This document shows positions 1-12,482 of a DNA stretch of 64,000 bases, one piece after another. The notes under the pieces are model-generated. The model saw only the letters and a list, made by a program, of their open reading frames with translations, had not been told where the DNA came from and did no database searches. Made by a program: the position numbers and the translations under genes. Every line of letters begins with the position of its first letter. The stretch's first letter is position 1. Location: NCBI RefSeq assembly GCF_002854065.1, contig NZ_CP024147.1, one strand, 5' to 3'. This DNA comes from Escherichia coli (GTDB taxonomy: Bacteria > Pseudomonadota > Gammaproteobacteria > Enterobacterales > Enterobacteriaceae).

Positions 1-2
1 TC

Positions 3-752
3 CGCTCAAGAAAAGTTGAAGCTGAACGTGAAGTTCGCATTAAAGAGATCGAACAGCAGCAGGTCACCGAAATCGCTAACCAGACGAAATCGATCGCTAT
101 TGCCGCCAAATCGGAACAACAGTCCCAGGCAGAAGCACGTGCTAACCTTGCACTCGCAGAAGCAGTAAGCGCCCAACAAAACGTTGAAACCACTCGCCAG
201 ACCGCAGAAGCCGATCGTGCTAAACAAGTTGCCCTAATCGCTGCCGCGCAGGATGCAGAAACCAAAGCGGTTGAACTGACCGTGCGGGCAAAAGCAGAAA
301 AAGAAGCCGCAGAGATGCAGGCGGCGGCGATCGTTGAGTTAGCTGAAGCTACGCGTAAAAAAGGTCTGGCGGAAGCAGAAGCGCAACGTGCGCTGAACGA
401 TGCTATCAACGTACTTTCTGATGAACAAACCAGCCTTAAATTCAAACTGGCATTATTGCAGGCGCTGCCTGCGGTAATTGAGAAATCCGTTGAGCCGATG
501 AAGTCGATCGATGGTATTAAGATCATACAGGTCGATGGACTGAATCGTGGTGGTACTGCGGGTGATGCGAGCGCAGGTAGCGTTAGTGGAGGAAACCTTG
601 CAGAGCAGGCATTGTCTGCCGCCCTTTCTTACCGCACACAGGCACCGCTGATTGACTCCTTGCTCAATGAAATTGGCGTTTCAGGCGGCTCGCTGGCGGC
701 ATTGACTTCACCCTTAACCTCAACAACTCCCGTCGCCGAAAACGTAGAATAA
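3..752 (+). CDS. yqiK: YqiK, flotillin-like SPFH-domain protein, C-terminal part (5' end lies upstream of the window)
   Basis: Frame is open from position 3 to the stop at 750-752; coiled-coil A/E/Q-rich C-terminus; synteny with hldE and glnE. Confidence 0.7.
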   Translation, partial: RSRKVEAEREVRIKEIEQQQVTEIANQTKSIAIAAKSEQQSQAEARANLALAEAVSAQQNVETTRQTAEADRAKQVALIAAAQDAETKAVELTVRAKAEKEAAEMQAAAIVELAEATRKKGLAEAEAQRALNDAINVLSDEQTSLKFKLALLQALPAVIEKSVEPMKSIDGIKIIQVDGLNRGGTAGDASAGSVSGGNLAEQALSAALSYRTQAPLIDSLLNEIGVSGGSLAALTSPLTSTTPVAENVE

Positions 753-944
753 ATTTTCAGCTATGAACATCCCTGGCACAAAACGCCGGGGATTTTTTAT
801 ATCTGCGTTCCGCTAAAAACTGCAAATGATCAGGTTGTTGCAACGTTTTGCGCGACCGCTCGGGGAAGGCAAAACTGCCACAGGGAAAGCATTGCGCGGG
901 ATCCGGCACTCATCAACAATCGGGAAGTCAGCAAGGGGCTGAAA

Positions 945-1090
945 CGGGAAAGCCCCTCCCGAAGAAGGGGCCTTGTATAAGGAAAGGGTTATGATGAAGC
1001 TCGTCATCATACTGATTGTGTTGTTACTCGTAAGTTTCGCAGCTTATTAACAGCCAATCAGAGGGGGAGAAATCCTCCCTCACCCTTGTT
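945..1090 (-). ncRNA. sibD: Sib-family antisense sRNA overlapping ibsD (ends approximate)
   Basis: Established arrangement for Ibs/Sib loci: antisense RNA fully overlaps the toxin ORF; GCCCCT/AGGGGC hairpin near 948-975 could act as its terminator; ends not determinable from sequence alone. Confidence 0.4.
991..1050 (+). CDS. ibsD: Ibs-family type I toxin, 19 aa hydrophobic peptide (MMKLVIILIVLLLVSFAAY)
   Basis: ATGATG start after AAGGAAAGGG Shine-Dalgarno; 19 codons then TAA; below the ORF-track length cutoff, found by eye. Confidence 0.75.
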   Translation: MMKLVIILIVLLLVSFAAY

Positions 1091-1319
1091 CCTTTACTTT
1101 AGGTTGAAAAAAAATCAGCGTCAAGAAGGTTTCATTAACACATATCCCTGGCCCAAAAAGCCGGGGATTTTTTATATCTGCGTTCCGCTAAAAGGTGCAA
1201 ATGCTCAGGACGTTGCAGCGTTTTGCGTGACCGCTCGGGGAAGGCAAAACTGCTTCAGGGAAAGCGTTGCGCGGGGTCCGGCGCTCATCAACAATCGGGG
1301 AGTCAGCAAGGGGCTGAAA

Positions 1320-1465
1320 CGGGAAAGCCCCTCCCGAGGAAGGGGCCTTATAGAAGGAAAGGGTTATGATGAAGCTCGTCATCATACTGGTTGTGTTGTT
1401 ACTGTTAAGTTTCCCGACTTACTAACAACTCATCAGAGGGGGGAGAAATCCTCCCTTACCCTTGT
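1320..1465 (-). ncRNA. sibE: Sib-family antisense sRNA overlapping ibsE (ends approximate)
   Basis: Same as sibD, in repeat copy 2. Confidence 0.4.
1366..1425 (+). CDS. ibsE: Ibs-family type I toxin, 19 aa hydrophobic peptide (MMKLVIILVVLLLLSFPTY)
   Basis: Same architecture in repeat copy 2. Confidence 0.75.
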   Translation: MMKLVIILVVLLLLSFPTY

Positions 1466-1544
1466 TCCTTTACTCTAGGTTGAAAAAACAACAGCGTCAA
1501 TAGGCCTGCCATGTACGAAGCGAGATCTGTGAACCGCTTTCCGG

Positions 1545-2978
1545 TTAGCCTTTTTTATCCTGTTGGATCTTCTTGATAATGTTAGTGGTCGAGCAACCGT
1601 CTTCAAAGTTGAGCACCAACACTTCGCCGCCGTTGGCCCAGACTTCTTTACTCCCGGCGATCTCTTCCGGTTTGTAGTCACCGCCTTTCACCAGCAGGTC
1701 TGGCAGGATCCCGGCGATCAGACGCTGCGGCGTGTCTTCTTCAAACGACACTACCCAGTCGACCGCTTCCAGTGCGCCCAGCACAATCATACGCTGTTCG
1801 AGTGGGTTTACCGGGCGGGAATCCCCTTTCAGCCGTTTGGTGGAGGCATCGCTGTTGACGGCAACAATCAAGCGGTCACCCAGCTTGCGGGCATTTGCCA
1901 GATAAGAGACGTGCCCGGCATGTAGGATATCGAAGACACCGTTGGTCATTACCACTTTTTCACCACGTTTACGCGCTGCCGCTACAGCCAGCTTCAGTTC
2001 CTCTTCGGTCATCACGCCAAAGCCGGTATCTGCGCGTCCACGTACAGCGTTTTCCAGCTCGATCGGCGAAACCGTGGAGGTTCCCAGTTTGCCGACCACT
2101 ACGCCTGCCGCCGCATTAGCAAAGAAGCAGGCTTCTTCCAGCGAATTACCCGCTGCCAGCGTTGCCGCCAGGACGCCAATCACCGTGTCGCCCGCACCGG
2201 TAACGTCATACACTTCCTGCGCCTGGGTTGGCATATGCAACGGCGCTTTACCCGGTTGCAGCAGCGACATACCCTGTTCGGAACGGGTCACTAACAGAGC
2301 CGAGAGTTCGTAATCGGCAATCAGTTTCATGCCGCGCTCAACAATCTCTTCTTCGGTCTTACATTTACCGACAACAGCTTCAAATTCCGAGAGATTCGGC
2401 GTTAACAGCGTAGCGCCGCGGTAGCGCTCAAAATCGGTACCTTTTGGATCAATCAGCACCGGAACGCCCGCTTTACGCGCCAGTTGGATCATCTGCTGTA
2501 CGCTTGCCAGCGCACCTTTGGCGTAGTCAGAAAGCACCAGCGCGCCAATCGAACTCAGCGCCTGATTAATCCGCTCGTGCAGCGGCTGCGGATCAACACC
2601 TTCGAAACCTTCTTCAAAATCCAGACGGATCAGCTGTTGGTTGCGGGAAAGTACCCGTAATTTGGTGATGGTCGGATGCGTCGGTACAGAAACGAAGTCG
2701 CATTTGACGTTGACGTCGGCCAGAGATTTACTCAGCGCGCGCGCTGCATCGTCAATGCCCGTCAACCCGACCAGACGTGCATTAGCACCGAGAGAAGCGA
2801 TATTCATCGCCACGTTAGCCGCGCCGCCCGGACGTTCTTCGATGGTATTCACTTTAACCACGGGCACCGGCGCTTCCGGCGAGATACGACTGGTGGGGCC
2901 GTACCAGTAACGATCCAGCATCACATCACCAACCACCATCACTCCTGCACGTTCAAACTCTGGCAGCGTTACTTTCAT
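1545..2978 (-). CDS. hldE: Bifunctional heptose 7-phosphate kinase / heptose 1-phosphate adenylyltransferase
   Basis: 477 aa ORF, N-terminus [27 protein letters not shown] matches recalled HldE. Confidence 0.95.
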
Positions 2979-3025
2979 TCCTGTCTCCTGAGAGATTCAA
3001 AATTTGCGCGCGATAATACCATACT

Positions 3026-5866
3026 TCATTCTTCCACCAGCCACTTCTGCCAGCTTGCCCGCACCAGTTCACGCTCTGCGGTGAAGCAATCCTCCGACAC
3101 ATGGCCCGGCAATTCCTGTAATGCCAGATGATGAAGTTCATCGCGAAGCGTCGTGTAAGCACGGGTCAGCGCCATCGCTTCCTGCTCTTCCATAATGTCG
3201 TTTTGCGCCAGCAGTTCCAGAATGCGCACGTTGTCTGACCAGCGCGTTAACTTCGGTTTTTCATGAGCGTAGCGCAACACCAGATATTGGGTAATAAATT
3301 CGATATCGGTAATTCCGCCTTCATCGGCTTTGATATCAAAGCGATCGCGATGTTTATTGCCGAGATGAGCGCGCATTTTCTCGCGCATTTCCCGCACTTC
3401 TGTTTGCAGGGTTTTGCCTTCGCGCGGCAGCGCCATAATCTCACGACGCACCGCGTCAAAGTGCGCGGTGAGCTGCGGATCGCCGTACACTACACGCGCA
3501 CGCACCAGCGCCTGATGTTCCCACGTCCAGGCCTCGTTTTTCTGATAATCGGCAAATGCTTCTGCGGATGTCACCAGCATTCCCGCCGCCCCGGACGGAC
3601 GCAGTCGAGCATCCACTTCATACAAAATGCCGGAAGAGGTACGCGTACTGAACAGATGCATAATGCGTTGCGCCAGACGCAGATAAAACTGCCGCCCGTC
3701 GATTTCCCGCTCACCGTCAGTCATCGCATCCATTGGGCAATCATGGAGGAAGATAAGGTCAAGATCGGAACTGTAGCCTAACTCCCAGCCGCCCAGCTTG
3801 CCGTAGCCGACCACCGCAAAACCACGCCCTTCGCGTTCGTTCAGGTGATTCGGCTTACCGTAGCGGGCAACCATTTGAACCCACGCCTGCTGAACGACGG
3901 CATCTATCATGGCTTCCGCCAGCCAGGTTAAGTGATCGCTCACTTTCATCACCGGTAGCGTACCGGCGATATCCGCTGCGGCGATGCGTAACAGCTGCGC
4001 CTGTTTGAACTGACGCAGCGCCTCAAGCTGTTGCTCTTCGTCATCTTCCGGCACGCGCAGCAAATACTGGCGCAACTCATCGCGGTAGGCATCGGTCGCC
4101 GTCGGCTGGTAAAGGGTGTTTGGATCGAGCAATTCATCCAGCAATAATGGATAACGCGCCAGCTGGCTGGCAATCATCGGCGACGCGGCACACAGAGAAA
4201 TCAAATGTTTAAGCGCCGCGGGGAATTCACTGAGCAATTCTAAATAGGTGGTGCGGGTAACAATCCCCACCAGCAAGGCGGTAATGCGCGACAGCGTAAC
4301 GGCAGCGTCTTCACGCGCACAGACATCACTTAGCAGATGCGGCATCAGATGGTCGAGCACCTGACGTCCTCGCGGCCCGATGGTGCGCTTATCCAGCTCT
4401 TTGCGGAAATCGGCAATCAGCGTTAGCACCTGTTTGCGATCATCCTCGCTAAGATGCGCCAGCACTGGCGTAGTATCATCTTCCTGCAACGCATCCTGCC
4501 ACAGCTCACGCCACTGTTCCGACAGCGACTCTTCCTGAGTTTCACTTTCGTCGTCGCCAATCAATTCATTAAACACCCGGCGCACATTGGTCATATGTGC
4601 GGTCAGCGCCCCGGTCAATTGCGGCCAGTCAGCAAAGTCCATCGCCCACGCCAGCCGCGCACGATTAAGCTCATCAGAAGGAAGCGTCTGGGTTTGTTCG
4701 TCGTTAATGCTTTGCAGCAGGTTTTCCAGACGCCGCAGGAACAGATACGCCACTCGCAATTGTTCAGCATCGTTTTCAGAAAGCAGATGCAGCGCAGCAA
4801 TGGCGCTGAGCGTTGGCAGTAAAGAGTGCGATTGCAGCGACGGTTCGCGCCCGCCGCGAATGAGCTGGAATACCTGGACGATAAATTCAATTTCGCGAAT
4901 GCCGCCTGCGCCGAGTTTGATATTGTCGGTCAAACCACGTCGACGCACTTCACGGGCAATCATCCCTTTCATGTTGCGCAGCGACTGAATCACGCTGAAA
5001 TCGATGTAACGACGGAAAACAAACGGGCGCAGCATCGCACGCAACTCGTTAGCATAGACGCCTTCGCTATCGCCCATAATCCGCGCCTTGACCATCGCGT
5101 AACGCTCCCAGTCGCGCCCCTGCTCCTGGTAATAATCTTCCAACGCGGCAAAGCTCAGCACCAGCGGGCCACTTTCGCCAAACGGACGCAGCCGCATATC
5201 CACGCGATAGACGAAGCCATCCTGCGTTGGTTGATCCAGCACTTTAATCAGCCGCTGCCCCATGCGGGTAAAAAACTGCGCGTTATCCAGTTCCCGGCGT
5301 CCACCCTGCGTACAACCATGTTCCGGCCAGGCAAAAATCAGATCGATATCAGAGGAGAAATTCAGTTCCCCGCCGCCCAGCTTACCCATGCCTAAAATCA
5401 GCAGCGGTTGCGCTTCGCCCTGCGCATTGCACGGCGTTCCCCACTCGCGGCAGCAGGCGTCATATAGCCAGTCACGCGCCGCAACAATCAGCGTCTCCGC
5501 CAGATAGCTGAGCTGCTGCAATATGCTCTCTTTAGTAACCAGTGCCAGCGTTTGCGCCCAGGCGATACGTACCATGATGCGCCGACGGAACAGCCGCAGC
5601 TCGCGCATTAACCCGGCTTCGTCACTCACATTACTGAGCGCCTCCTGCAACCATGCAACGTAATGCTGCCATTCGTCGGCCTGCGGCGGTTGGCTTTCCA
5701 GTTCCGTCAGCCACTCTGGATGCGCAATCACGCTGTCCTGCACAAAATCACTGAAAGTAAGTACTGACTTCGCCTGTGCGCTAAGTGATTCCTCGGCTAA
5801 AGGCTCTGGCAGCCGCTCAACAACGGTCTGCCAGTACTGCTGTAACGGTGAAGAGAGCGGCTTCAT
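3026..5866 (-). CDS. glnE: Glutamine synthetase adenylyltransferase
   Basis: ORF-track frame runs to 6070, but the recalled GlnE N-terminus [22 protein letters not shown] begins at the ATG ending at 5866 (946 aa). Confidence 0.95.
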   Translation of the reverse strand: MKPLSSPLQQYWQTVVERLPEPLAEESLSAQAKSVLTFSDFVQDSVIAHPEWLTELESQPPQADEWQHYVAWLQEALSNVSDEAGLMRELRLFRRRIMVRIAWAQTLALVTKESILQQLSYLAETLIVAARDWLYDACCREWGTPCNAQGEAQPLLILGMGKLGGGELNFSSDIDLIFAWPEHGCTQGGRRELDNAQFFTRMGQRLIKVLDQPTQDGFVYRVDMRLRPFGESGPLVLSFAALEDYYQEQGRDWERYAMVKARIMGDSEGVYANELRAMLRPFVFRRYIDFSVIQSLRNMKGMIAREVRRRGLTDNIKLGAGGIREIEFIVQVFQLIRGGREPSLQSHSLLPTLSAIAALHLLSENDAEQLRVAYLFLRRLENLLQSINDEQTQTLPSDELNRARLAWAMDFADWPQLTGALTAHMTNVRRVFNELIGDDESETQEESLSEQWRELWQDALQEDDTTPVLAHLSEDDRKQVLTLIADFRKELDKRTIGPRGRQVLDHLMPHLLSDVCAREDAAVTLSRITALLVGIVTRTTYLELLSEFPAALKHLISLCAASPMIASQLARYPLLLDELLDPNTLYQPTATDAYRDELRQYLLRVPEDDEEQQLEALRQFKQAQLLRIAAADIAGTLPVMKVSDHLTWLAEAMIDAVVQQAWVQMVARYGKPNHLNEREGRGFAVVGYGKLGGWELGYSSDLDLIFLHDCPMDAMTDGEREIDGRQFYLRLAQRIMHLFSTRTSSGILYEVDARLRPSGAAGMLVTSAEAFADYQKNEAWTWEHQALVRARVVYGDPQLTAHFDAVRREIMALPREGKTLQTEVREMREKMRAHLGNKHRDRFDIKADEGGITDIEFITQYLVLRYAHEKPKLTRWSDNVRILELLAQNDIMEEQEAMALTRAYTTLRDELHHLALQELPGHVSEDCFTAERELVRASWQKWLVEE

Positions 5867-5888
5867 AAGCGATTTTATCCTTGCCTGA

Positions 5889-7190
5889 TTAACGTTTTCC
5901 GCTGTGCAACCAGAACGGTTCCTGATTGTTTGCCTCATTACGGAAATGTTCAATTTCGATGCGTTGCCCGGTCGCAATAGCGTGATGCAGCCCCTGCCAG
6001 TTCTCCAGCCAGGCTTGCGCGACGACAGGATCATAGTAACCCGCCAGCAACAGTATTGAGTCAATATCACGCGTCAGGCGTGGCAACTGGTCACGGTAGC
6101 GATCGCCTAACGGCTGGCAGAAAACGCTTTTCAGTTCAGCGGCATGGCGGGAAAGATGGATATCGGCAAAGCGTTTGAAGGAGTCGCTGATTTTGCCCTG
6201 CGCTTTGGCATCTAAAAATGGCTGCCATGCTTTGCTTACCAACCATTCGGTCAACGCCAGCTTCGCCATTGCCGTTTCGGTAGAGTAGACCGCCGTCACG
6301 GCAGACACCGCAGAAGCAATGGTCGCCTCGCATTGAGTCAGCAGATCACGTAAGTGAGTGCTCGCTTTACGCGGCACAATACCACCGAACAGCATCAGCG
6401 TATGACGGACCAGGCTAATGGCTGCCAGCACCTGTTCTTTCGCCGCATCGTTGCCGCGTACCCACAGTTCTTCATGATACTGCCATTGCGCTAACGCCAG
6501 CTCGAGCGCCGCTTCCAGCCCCTGTTCCACATCGGCTTTTGCCGCAACATGCAAAATGGTGGTCGGTTTGATTTCACGCGCCGGATTGCCCTGCGCCAGA
6601 TGATAGCCACGCGCCGCTTTGCTCAGGCTGCCCTGGCGTAATCCGATTTGCGATACCAGTTGGTTCGCCAGTTTCAGCACCGCGCGCGTGTCGCCGCTAA
6701 GCAGCTCCAGTTCCAGCTCACAGATAGGTTCAGCAAATTCCCCCGCTTTCACCTCACCCTGATCGAGAGCGATTTCAATTCGGCTGCCATCGACCGCCAC
6801 CAGCCATTTTTCGCGATAAAAATCGGTGCTGAACAGCGGTTGTACGCGGGAAGCGAGATCGGCGGGCAATTCGCCGTTCGGCCAGACTTCCGAGGGAAAC
6901 TGCGCCAGGTCGAGCGTCGGTTCGCTCAACGCCACGTTATATTCCGGGCGCTGGTGTAAGCCGCCTGTCACTCTTCCTGCAACTTTCATGGTCATCTCAT
7001 AGCGACCGTTTTCGCCACGAATACGTAAGCCCATATCGTGCCCACGCAGCCAGTTATCCGGCGTTTCGTAGTAAATATTCAGCAACTGCACGGGGTCATG
7101 GTGCTCGCCGCCCAGCGTATTGAGATGGTCACGCAACGCCTCAACGGCACTGTGATTAACAATAAACTTTAATTCGATTTCCTGAGCCAT
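5889..7190 (-). CDS. ygiF: Inorganic triphosphatase (CYTH domain)
   Basis: 433 aa ORF; synteny glnE-ygiF-ygiM. Confidence 0.9.
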   Translation of the reverse strand: MAQEIELKFIVNHSAVEALRDHLNTLGGEHHDPVQLLNIYYETPDNWLRGHDMGLRIRGENGRYEMTMKVAGRVTGGLHQRPEYNVALSEPTLDLAQFPSEVWPNGELPADLASRVQPLFSTDFYREKWLVAVDGSRIEIALDQGEVKAGEFAEPICELELELLSGDTRAVLKLANQLVSQIGLRQGSLSKAARGYHLAQGNPAREIKPTTILHVAAKADVEQGLEAALELALAQWQYHEELWVRGNDAAKEQVLAAISLVRHTLMLFGGIVPRKASTHLRDLLTQCEATIASAVSAVTAVYSTETAMAKLALTEWLVSKAWQPFLDAKAQGKISDSFKRFADIHLSRHAAELKSVFCQPLGDRYRDQLPRLTRDIDSILLLAGYYDPVVAQAWLENWQGLHHAIATGQRIEIEHFRNEANNQEPFWLHSGKR

Positions 7191-7431
7191 GGCCTTTACT
7201 TATCGGTTATGTCACATAAGTGACGATGAACGGCGAACTTAATGCGATCTTTTTTGTCAGTAGATAGTATTTTGCGCCAAATTGCCATGCAACGGGCAAT
7301 TTGACGGGCGTAAAAGTTTGAAGCAGTGGCAAGACCTGACACAGAGGATTCCGATTGATGTCGAATGCTTTGCGTAGCGACACTGATGCCACTACTATCG
7401 TTCCACTTTCCATGACAATAACGACAGCCTG

Positions 7432-8052
7432 ATGCCAAAATTACGCCTGATCGGATTAACTTTACTCGCACTTAGCGCGACTGCCGTCTCACACGCTGAA
7501 GAAACGCGCTATGTTTCCGACGAACTGAATACCTGGGTCCGCAGCGGTCCGGGAGATCATTATCGCCTCGTGGGCACGGTTAACGCCGGCGAGGAAGTGA
7601 CCTTATTACAAACTGACGCCAACACCAATTATGCCCAGGTGAAAGACAGCTCTGGCCGTACCGCCTGGATCCCGTTGAAACAACTTAGCACTGAGCCAAG
7701 CCTGCGCTCCCGTGTGCCAGATCTGGAAAATCAGGTCAAAACCCTGACCGATAAACTCACTAATATCGATAACACCTGGAATCAGCGCACCGCAGAAATG
7801 CAGCAAAAAGTGGCGCAGAGCGACAGCGTGATCAACGGGTTAAAAGAAGAAAATCAGAAACTGAAAAACGAGCTGATTGTCGCGCAGAAAAAGGTCGATG
7901 CCGCCAGCGTACAGCTGGATGACAAACAGCGCACCATCATCATGCAATGGTTTATGTATGGCGGTGGCGTGCTGGGGCTTGGCTTGCTGCTCGGTCTGGT
8001 ACTGCCGCACCTGATCCCAAGCCGCAAACGCAAAGATCGCTGGATGAACTAA
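7432..8052 (+). CDS. ygiM: SH3-domain protein with signal peptide and C-terminal membrane anchor
   Basis: 206 aa ORF; N-terminal signal-like segment; synteny. Confidence 0.9.
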   Translation: MPKLRLIGLTLLALSATAVSHAEETRYVSDELNTWVRSGPGDHYRLVGTVNAGEEVTLLQTDANTNYAQVKDSSGRTAWIPLKQLSTEPSLRSRVPDLENQVKTLTDKLTNIDNTWNQRTAEMQQKVAQSDSVINGLKEENQKLKNELIVAQKKVDAASVQLDDKQRTIIMQWFMYGGGVLGLGLLLGLVLPHLIPSRKRKDRWMN

Positions 8053-8115
8053 ATCGCCTTCTTCGTTGCACTGTCTTATTATTAGGAATTGTGTATTTGA
8101 CGAAGGGATGATGGC

Positions 8116-9354
8116 GTGAAGATTTATCTGGTCGGTGGTGCTGTTCGGGATGCATTGTTAGGGCTACCGGTCAAAGACAGAGATTGGGTAGTGGTCGGCA
8201 GTACGCCACAGGAGATGCTCGACGCGGGCTACCAGCAGGTAGGCCGCGATTTTCCTGTGTTTCTGCATCCGCAAACGCATGAAGAGTATGCGCTGGCACG
8301 TACCGAACGGAAATCCGGCTCCGGTTACACCGGTTTTACCTGCTATGCCGCACCGGATGTCACGCTGGAAGATGATCTTAAGCGTCGCGATCTGACCATT
8401 AATGCGCTGGCCCAGGACGATAACGGCGAGATTATCGACCCGTACAACGGTCTGGGCGATCTGCAAAATCGTCTGTTGCGCCATGTTTCCCCCGCTTTTG
8501 GCGAAGATCCGTTACGCGTATTGCGCGTGGCGCGTTTTGCTGCGCGTTATGCCCACCTCGGTTTTCGTATTGCCGATGAAACTCTGGCGTTGATGCGCGA
8601 GATGACCCATGCGGGTGAACTGGAACACCTGACGCCTGAACGGGTATGGAAAGAGACAGAAAACGCCCTCACCACCCGCAATCCCCAGGTGTTCTTCCAG
8701 GTACTGCGCGATTGCGGTGCACTTCGCGTTTTATTCCCGGAAATTGACGCCCTGTTTGGCGTTCCGGCCCCTGCCAGGTGGCATCCGGAAATCGACACGG
8801 GTATTCATACCTTAATGACGCTCTCAATGGCGGCGATGCTGAGTCCGCAGGTCGATGTCCGTTTCGCAACTTTATGCCACGATCTCGGTAAAGGACTGAC
8901 GCCGCCAGAACTCTGGCCGCGTCATCATGGTCATGGCCCGGCGGGTGTTAAGTTAGTGGAACAACTATGCCAGCGTCTGCGCGTGCCAAATGAAATTCGC
9001 GATTTAGCCAGACTGGTGGCTGAGTTTCACGATCTCATCCACACCTTCCCAATGCTGTACCCAAAAACCATCGTCAAATTATTTGATTCCATCGATGCCT
9101 GGCGTAAACCGCAGCGTGTCGAGCAACTGGCGCTGACCAGCGAGGCTGACGTGCGCGGCAGAACCGGTTTTGAATCAGCGGACTACCCGCAAGGCCGCTG
9201 GTTGCGCGAAGCCTGGGAAGTGGCGCAGTCAGTGCCGACAAAAGCGGTCGTTGAAGCGGGATTTAAAGGCGTGGAGATTCGCGAGGAGCTGACCCGACGG
9301 CGGATTGCGGCGGTAGCCAGCTGGAAGGAACAACGTTGCCCAAAGCCTGAATGA
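8116..9354 (+). CDS. cca: tRNA nucleotidyltransferase (CCA-adding enzyme)
   Basis: 412 aa [20 protein letters not shown]-terminus with GGxVRD motif. Confidence 0.95.
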   Translation: MKIYLVGGAVRDALLGLPVKDRDWVVVGSTPQEMLDAGYQQVGRDFPVFLHPQTHEEYALARTERKSGSGYTGFTCYAAPDVTLEDDLKRRDLTINALAQDDNGEIIDPYNGLGDLQNRLLRHVSPAFGEDPLRVLRVARFAARYAHLGFRIADETLALMREMTHAGELEHLTPERVWKETENALTTRNPQVFFQVLRDCGALRVLFPEIDALFGVPAPARWHPEIDTGIHTLMTLSMAAMLSPQVDVRFATLCHDLGKGLTPPELWPRHHGHGPAGVKLVEQLCQRLRVPNEIRDLARLVAEFHDLIHTFPMLYPKTIVKLFDSIDAWRKPQRVEQLALTSEADVRGRTGFESADYPQGRWLREAWEVAQSVPTKAVVEAGFKGVEIREELTRRRIAAVASWKEQRCPKPE

Positions 9355-9368
9355 GTATTGGGCATTTT

Positions 9369-9493
9369 GCCGGATGCGGCGTAAACGCCTTATCCGGCTA
9401 CATGTCAACGACAGTTGTAGGCCTGATAAGACGCGCAAGCGTCGCATCAGGCGTTGATTGCCGGATGCGGCGTGAACGCCTTATTCGGCCTAC
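9369..9493. repeat. REP/BIME cluster (three REP palindromes)
   Basis: gccggatgcggcgtaaacgccttatccggc, gcctgataagacgcgcaagcgtcgcatcaggc, gccggatgcggcgtgaacgccttattcggcctac. Confidence 0.75.
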
Positions 9494-9534
9494 GCAATCG
9501 TGGACAACGCCAGGCATCCGACACTATTCCTCAA

Positions 9535-10356
9535 TTAAAAGAACACGACATACACCGCAGCCGCCACAATAAAGCGATAAATGGCGAACGGGATAAACGA
9601 AATGCGCTTAATCAATTGCAGGAAGGTTTTAATCGCTATCAGCGCCACCACAAAAGCGGTGATAAACCCAACGGCAAACATCGGGGTATCGCCGGTTGTC
9701 AGGAAGCCCCAGCTTTTGTAGAGATCGAGCGCCGTTGCGCCCATCATCATCGGCACCGCCAGCAGGAACGAGAACTCGGAAGCAGCGTAACGGCTCACCC
9801 CCATCAGCATCCCACCTGAAATGGTCGCCCCGGAGCGGGAGAAACCCGGCCACAGCGCCAGACACTGGAAGCAGCCAATCATAAACGCCTGACGATAGGT
9901 CATATCATCCAGACCCGGTGCGCGCGGTTCTTTCGGCTTCAGGCATTCGGCGGCAATCAGCAACAAACCGCCAACGACCAGCGCATACATCACATTTATC
10001 GGGTTAAACAATGACTTAATCGTGTCGTGGAACAACAGCCCCAGTACCACCGCCGGAATCATCCCCAGCAAAATGTGGATCAGCGTTAAACGACCTTTGC
10101 TTTCTCCTTCGTGCTGCAACGGGCGGCCAAAGTGGATGCCAATCAGGCCAAACAGACGCCGCCAGAACATCACTACTACCGCCAGAATTGATCCTAACTG
10201 GATCACAACTTCAAAGGTTTTCGCCGTGTCGCCCTCAAACCCCAACAAGTGACCGACAATAATCATATGGCCCGTGCTGGATACCGGCAGAAATTCTGTC
10301 AATCCTTCGACCACACCCAATATTGCCGCTATCAGCAGCGAGTGCATATCGCTCAT
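9535..10356 (-). CDS. uppP: Undecaprenyl-diphosphatase
   Basis: Polytopic membrane protein; start taken at second Met ([14 protein letters not shown]) to match recalled UppP, 273 aa. Confidence 0.95.
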   Translation of the reverse strand: MSDMHSLLIAAILGVVEGLTEFLPVSSTGHMIIVGHLLGFEGDTAKTFEVVIQLGSILAVVVMFWRRLFGLIGIHFGRPLQHEGESKGRLTLIHILLGMIPAVVLGLLFHDTIKSLFNPINVMYALVVGGLLLIAAECLKPKEPRAPGLDDMTYRQAFMIGCFQCLALWPGFSRSGATISGGMLMGVSRYAASEFSFLLAVPMMMGATALDLYKSWGFLTTGDTPMFAVGFITAFVVALIAIKTFLQLIKRISFIPFAIYRFIVAAAVYVVFF

Positions 10357-10446
10357 CAATAAACCCCTAAATTATTAAAATGTACCGCTTGTCCGAACTA
10401 CTGCAGTATGACCAGGTTATAACCGTTTGGTTTAACAGCTGTAAAA

Positions 10447-10815
10447 TTAATTATTTTCTTTCAGATTATTGCCACGCTCAATGATTACGCCAACATTCGC
10501 CGCCCGCGCCACTGCGCCTGGCTTGCTGAGTTTGATACGCACCCACGGCGAGTTGAAGCGTGCTAACAGCAGCTCCGCCACCTCTTCCGCCACGCGCTCC
10601 ACCAGCGCAAAACGTGCCCCCTCGACGTGGCTGACCACCGTTTCTGCAATGTCAGCGTAGCTGAGGCAATCCGCCACATCATCACTTTTCGCCGCTTTAC
10701 GGTTATCCCACGCCATTTCGATATCGAACACTAACTTCTGTTCGATGGTCTGTTCCCAGTCGTAAACACCAATAGTGGTGATTACCGAAAGTTGCTCTAT
10801 AAATACAATATCCAT
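10447..10815 (-). CDS. folB: Dihydroneopterin aldolase
   Basis: 122 aa from second Met (MDIVFIEQLSVITTIGVYDWE). Confidence 0.95.
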   Translation of the reverse strand: MDIVFIEQLSVITTIGVYDWEQTIEQKLVFDIEMAWDNRKAAKSDDVADCLSYADIAETVVSHVEGARFALVERVAEEVAELLLARFNSPWVRIKLSKPGAVARAANVGVIIERGNNLKENN

Positions 10816-10919
10816 CACGTCCTGCCTGCTTTTTGGCTAACCGGATACCACTTCCGGCGAAATGTGCGTATTATCCACAGATTCATCGTTGAACACGAAT
10901 TTTCAAAACGGAACAGCTT

Positions 10920-11537
10920 ATGAGTGCAATCGCGCCTGGAATGATCCTCATCGCGTACCTCTGCGGCTCCATTTCCAGTGCCATTCTGGTTTGCCGCTTG
11001 TGTGGGCTGCCCGATCCGCGAACCAGCGGCTCCGGCAATCCAGGCGCAACCAATGTGTTACGTATCGGTGGCAAGGGAGCAGCCGTAGCAGTACTGATTT
11101 TCGACGTTCTGAAAGGAATGTTGCCTGTCTGGGGCGCGTATGAATTAGGTGTCAGCCCCTTCTGGCTAGGCTTAATTGCCATCGCCGCCTGTCTTGGACA
11201 CATCTGGCCCGTTTTCTTCGGTTTTAAAGGAGGAAAAGGCGTTGCTACCGCTTTTGGAGCCATCGCACCAATTGGCTGGGATCTCACCGGAGTAATGGCG
11301 GGAACCTGGTTACTGACCGTGCTATTGAGCGGATACTCGTCGCTGGGAGCGATTGTCAGTGCACTGATTGCTCCGTTTTATGTCTGGTGGTTTAAGCCAC
11401 AATTCACCTTCCCGGTTTCGATGCTCTCTTGCCTGATCCTGCTGCGTCATCATGACAACATCCAGCGTCTGTGGCGTCGTCAGGAGACAAAAATCTGGAC
11501 GAAATTCAAAAGAAAGCGCGAAAAGGATCCCGAGTGA
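10920..11537 (+). CDS. plsY: Glycerol-3-phosphate acyltransferase PlsY
   Basis: 205 aa membrane protein with SGNPGATN motif. Confidence 0.95.
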
Positions 11538-11549
11538 TTTCTGGTGGAT

Positions 11550-12482
11550 CTACATGACCTGATAGCCTTCATCGGGCTTGCCCAGCCGTTGCTGGCACCA
11601 TGCCGCCAGAAATTCCACGCAGACACGTAATTTCATGCTGCGATAGAGCGGCTCCCGGTAAACAGCCCAGATATTGGCGCTTTGTGCATACTCCGGCAAT
11701 ACTCGCACCAGTTTGCCACTCTCCAGAAACGGCAACACATCCCACTCGGAACGCAGCATAATCCCTTTGCCCTCCAGCGCCCATTGCAGCACAATCTCGC
11801 CGCTATTGGAGGAAAGATGCCCGCTAACCTTCACCGATTTTTTCTCCTGACCGTTCCCCAACTCCCATATTCCGTGGGTCATATCGCGCTCTTTGGTCAC
11901 CAGACAGTCATGACGACTTAATTCCTGTAGGGATTGTGGCTGCGGATATTTTTGCAGATACTCAGGTGCTGCGCATAATATTCTTTTATTTTTCGTTAAC
12001 AGATGCGCAATATAATAATCAGGAATTTCGTCATTAATACGAATATCCAGATCAATATTATCCTGCACTAAATCAATTTGCCGATCGAACAATTCAAAAT
12101 GCACCTGTAACTCAGGATAATTGCGCATAAGTTCGGTAATGGCTGGCGCAATATGGCTGCGCCCAAAACCAAAACTGCAACCAATACGAATCATCCCCTC
12201 CGGGCGCGTTTTGATTTGCGTGACGTCATCAACCAGTCGCTGATATTGGGTGAGGATTTCCAGCGCATGTTCGTAACAACGTTGGCCACTTTCAGTCAGC
12301 GCCACGCCGCGAGCGGAGCGGTTCAGCAGCGTTGTTGCCAGCGTATTTTCAAGGATTTGGATCCGCTTGGTGACAAATGCAGGCGTTTGCCCAAGCGTCG
12401 CCGCTGCAGCACTAAAACTCCCGCTGTGGACGATTTCTACCAGTACCTGCAAGTCTTTGGCTAAAGGCCAGCTATTCAGCAT
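11550..12482 (-). CDS. ttdR: LysR-family regulator of tartrate dehydratase
   Basis: 310 aa LysR-type ORF divergent from ttdA. Confidence 0.9.
   Translation of the reverse strand: MLNSWPLAKDLQVLVEIVHSGSFSAAAATLGQTPAFVTKRIQILENTLATTLLNRSARGVALTESGQRCYEHALEILTQYQRLVDDVTQIKTRPEGMIRIGCSFGFGRSHIAPAITELMRNYPELQVHFELFDRQIDLVQDNIDLDIRINDEIPDYYIAHLLTKNKRILCAAPEYLQKYPQPQSLQELSRHDCLVTKERDMTHGIWELGNGQEKKSVKVSGHLSSNSGEIVLQWALEGKGIMLRSEWDVLPFLESGKLVRVLPEYAQSANIWAVYREPLYRSMKLRVCVEFLAAWCQQRLGKPDEGYQVM

Larger units (their letters stand above)
764..1124. repeat. ibs/sib repeat unit, copy 1 (~360 bp, tandem with copy 2, roughly 85-90% identical)
   Basis: Near-identical blocks beginning ...ggcacaaaacgccggggattttttatatctgcgttccgctaaaa... 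at ~764 and ~1145. Confidence 0.8.
1145..1500. repeat. ibs/sib repeat unit, copy 2
   Basis: Second copy of the ~360 bp unit, period ~378 bp. Confidence 0.8.

Noticed and set aside
813-1385. Two near-identical 65-aa minus-strand ORFs (813-1010, 1188-1385) and a 130-aa plus-strand ORF (1086-1478)
   Set aside because: They lie inside the tandem ibs/sib repeats; reading frames are by-products of the repeat, and the real coding units are the 19-aa Ibs peptides on the + strand.
764-1500. Possible CRISPR array suggested by tandem repeats
   Set aside because: Only two long (~360 bp) units with no short repeat-spacer periodicity and no cas genes; it is the ibs/sib locus.
5867-6070. Upstream 68-codon extension of the glnE frame (ORF-track 1014 aa)
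   Set aside because: The recalled GlnE N-terminus ([12 protein letters not shown]) begins at the internal ATG ending at 5866; the extension overlaps the ygiF 3' end.
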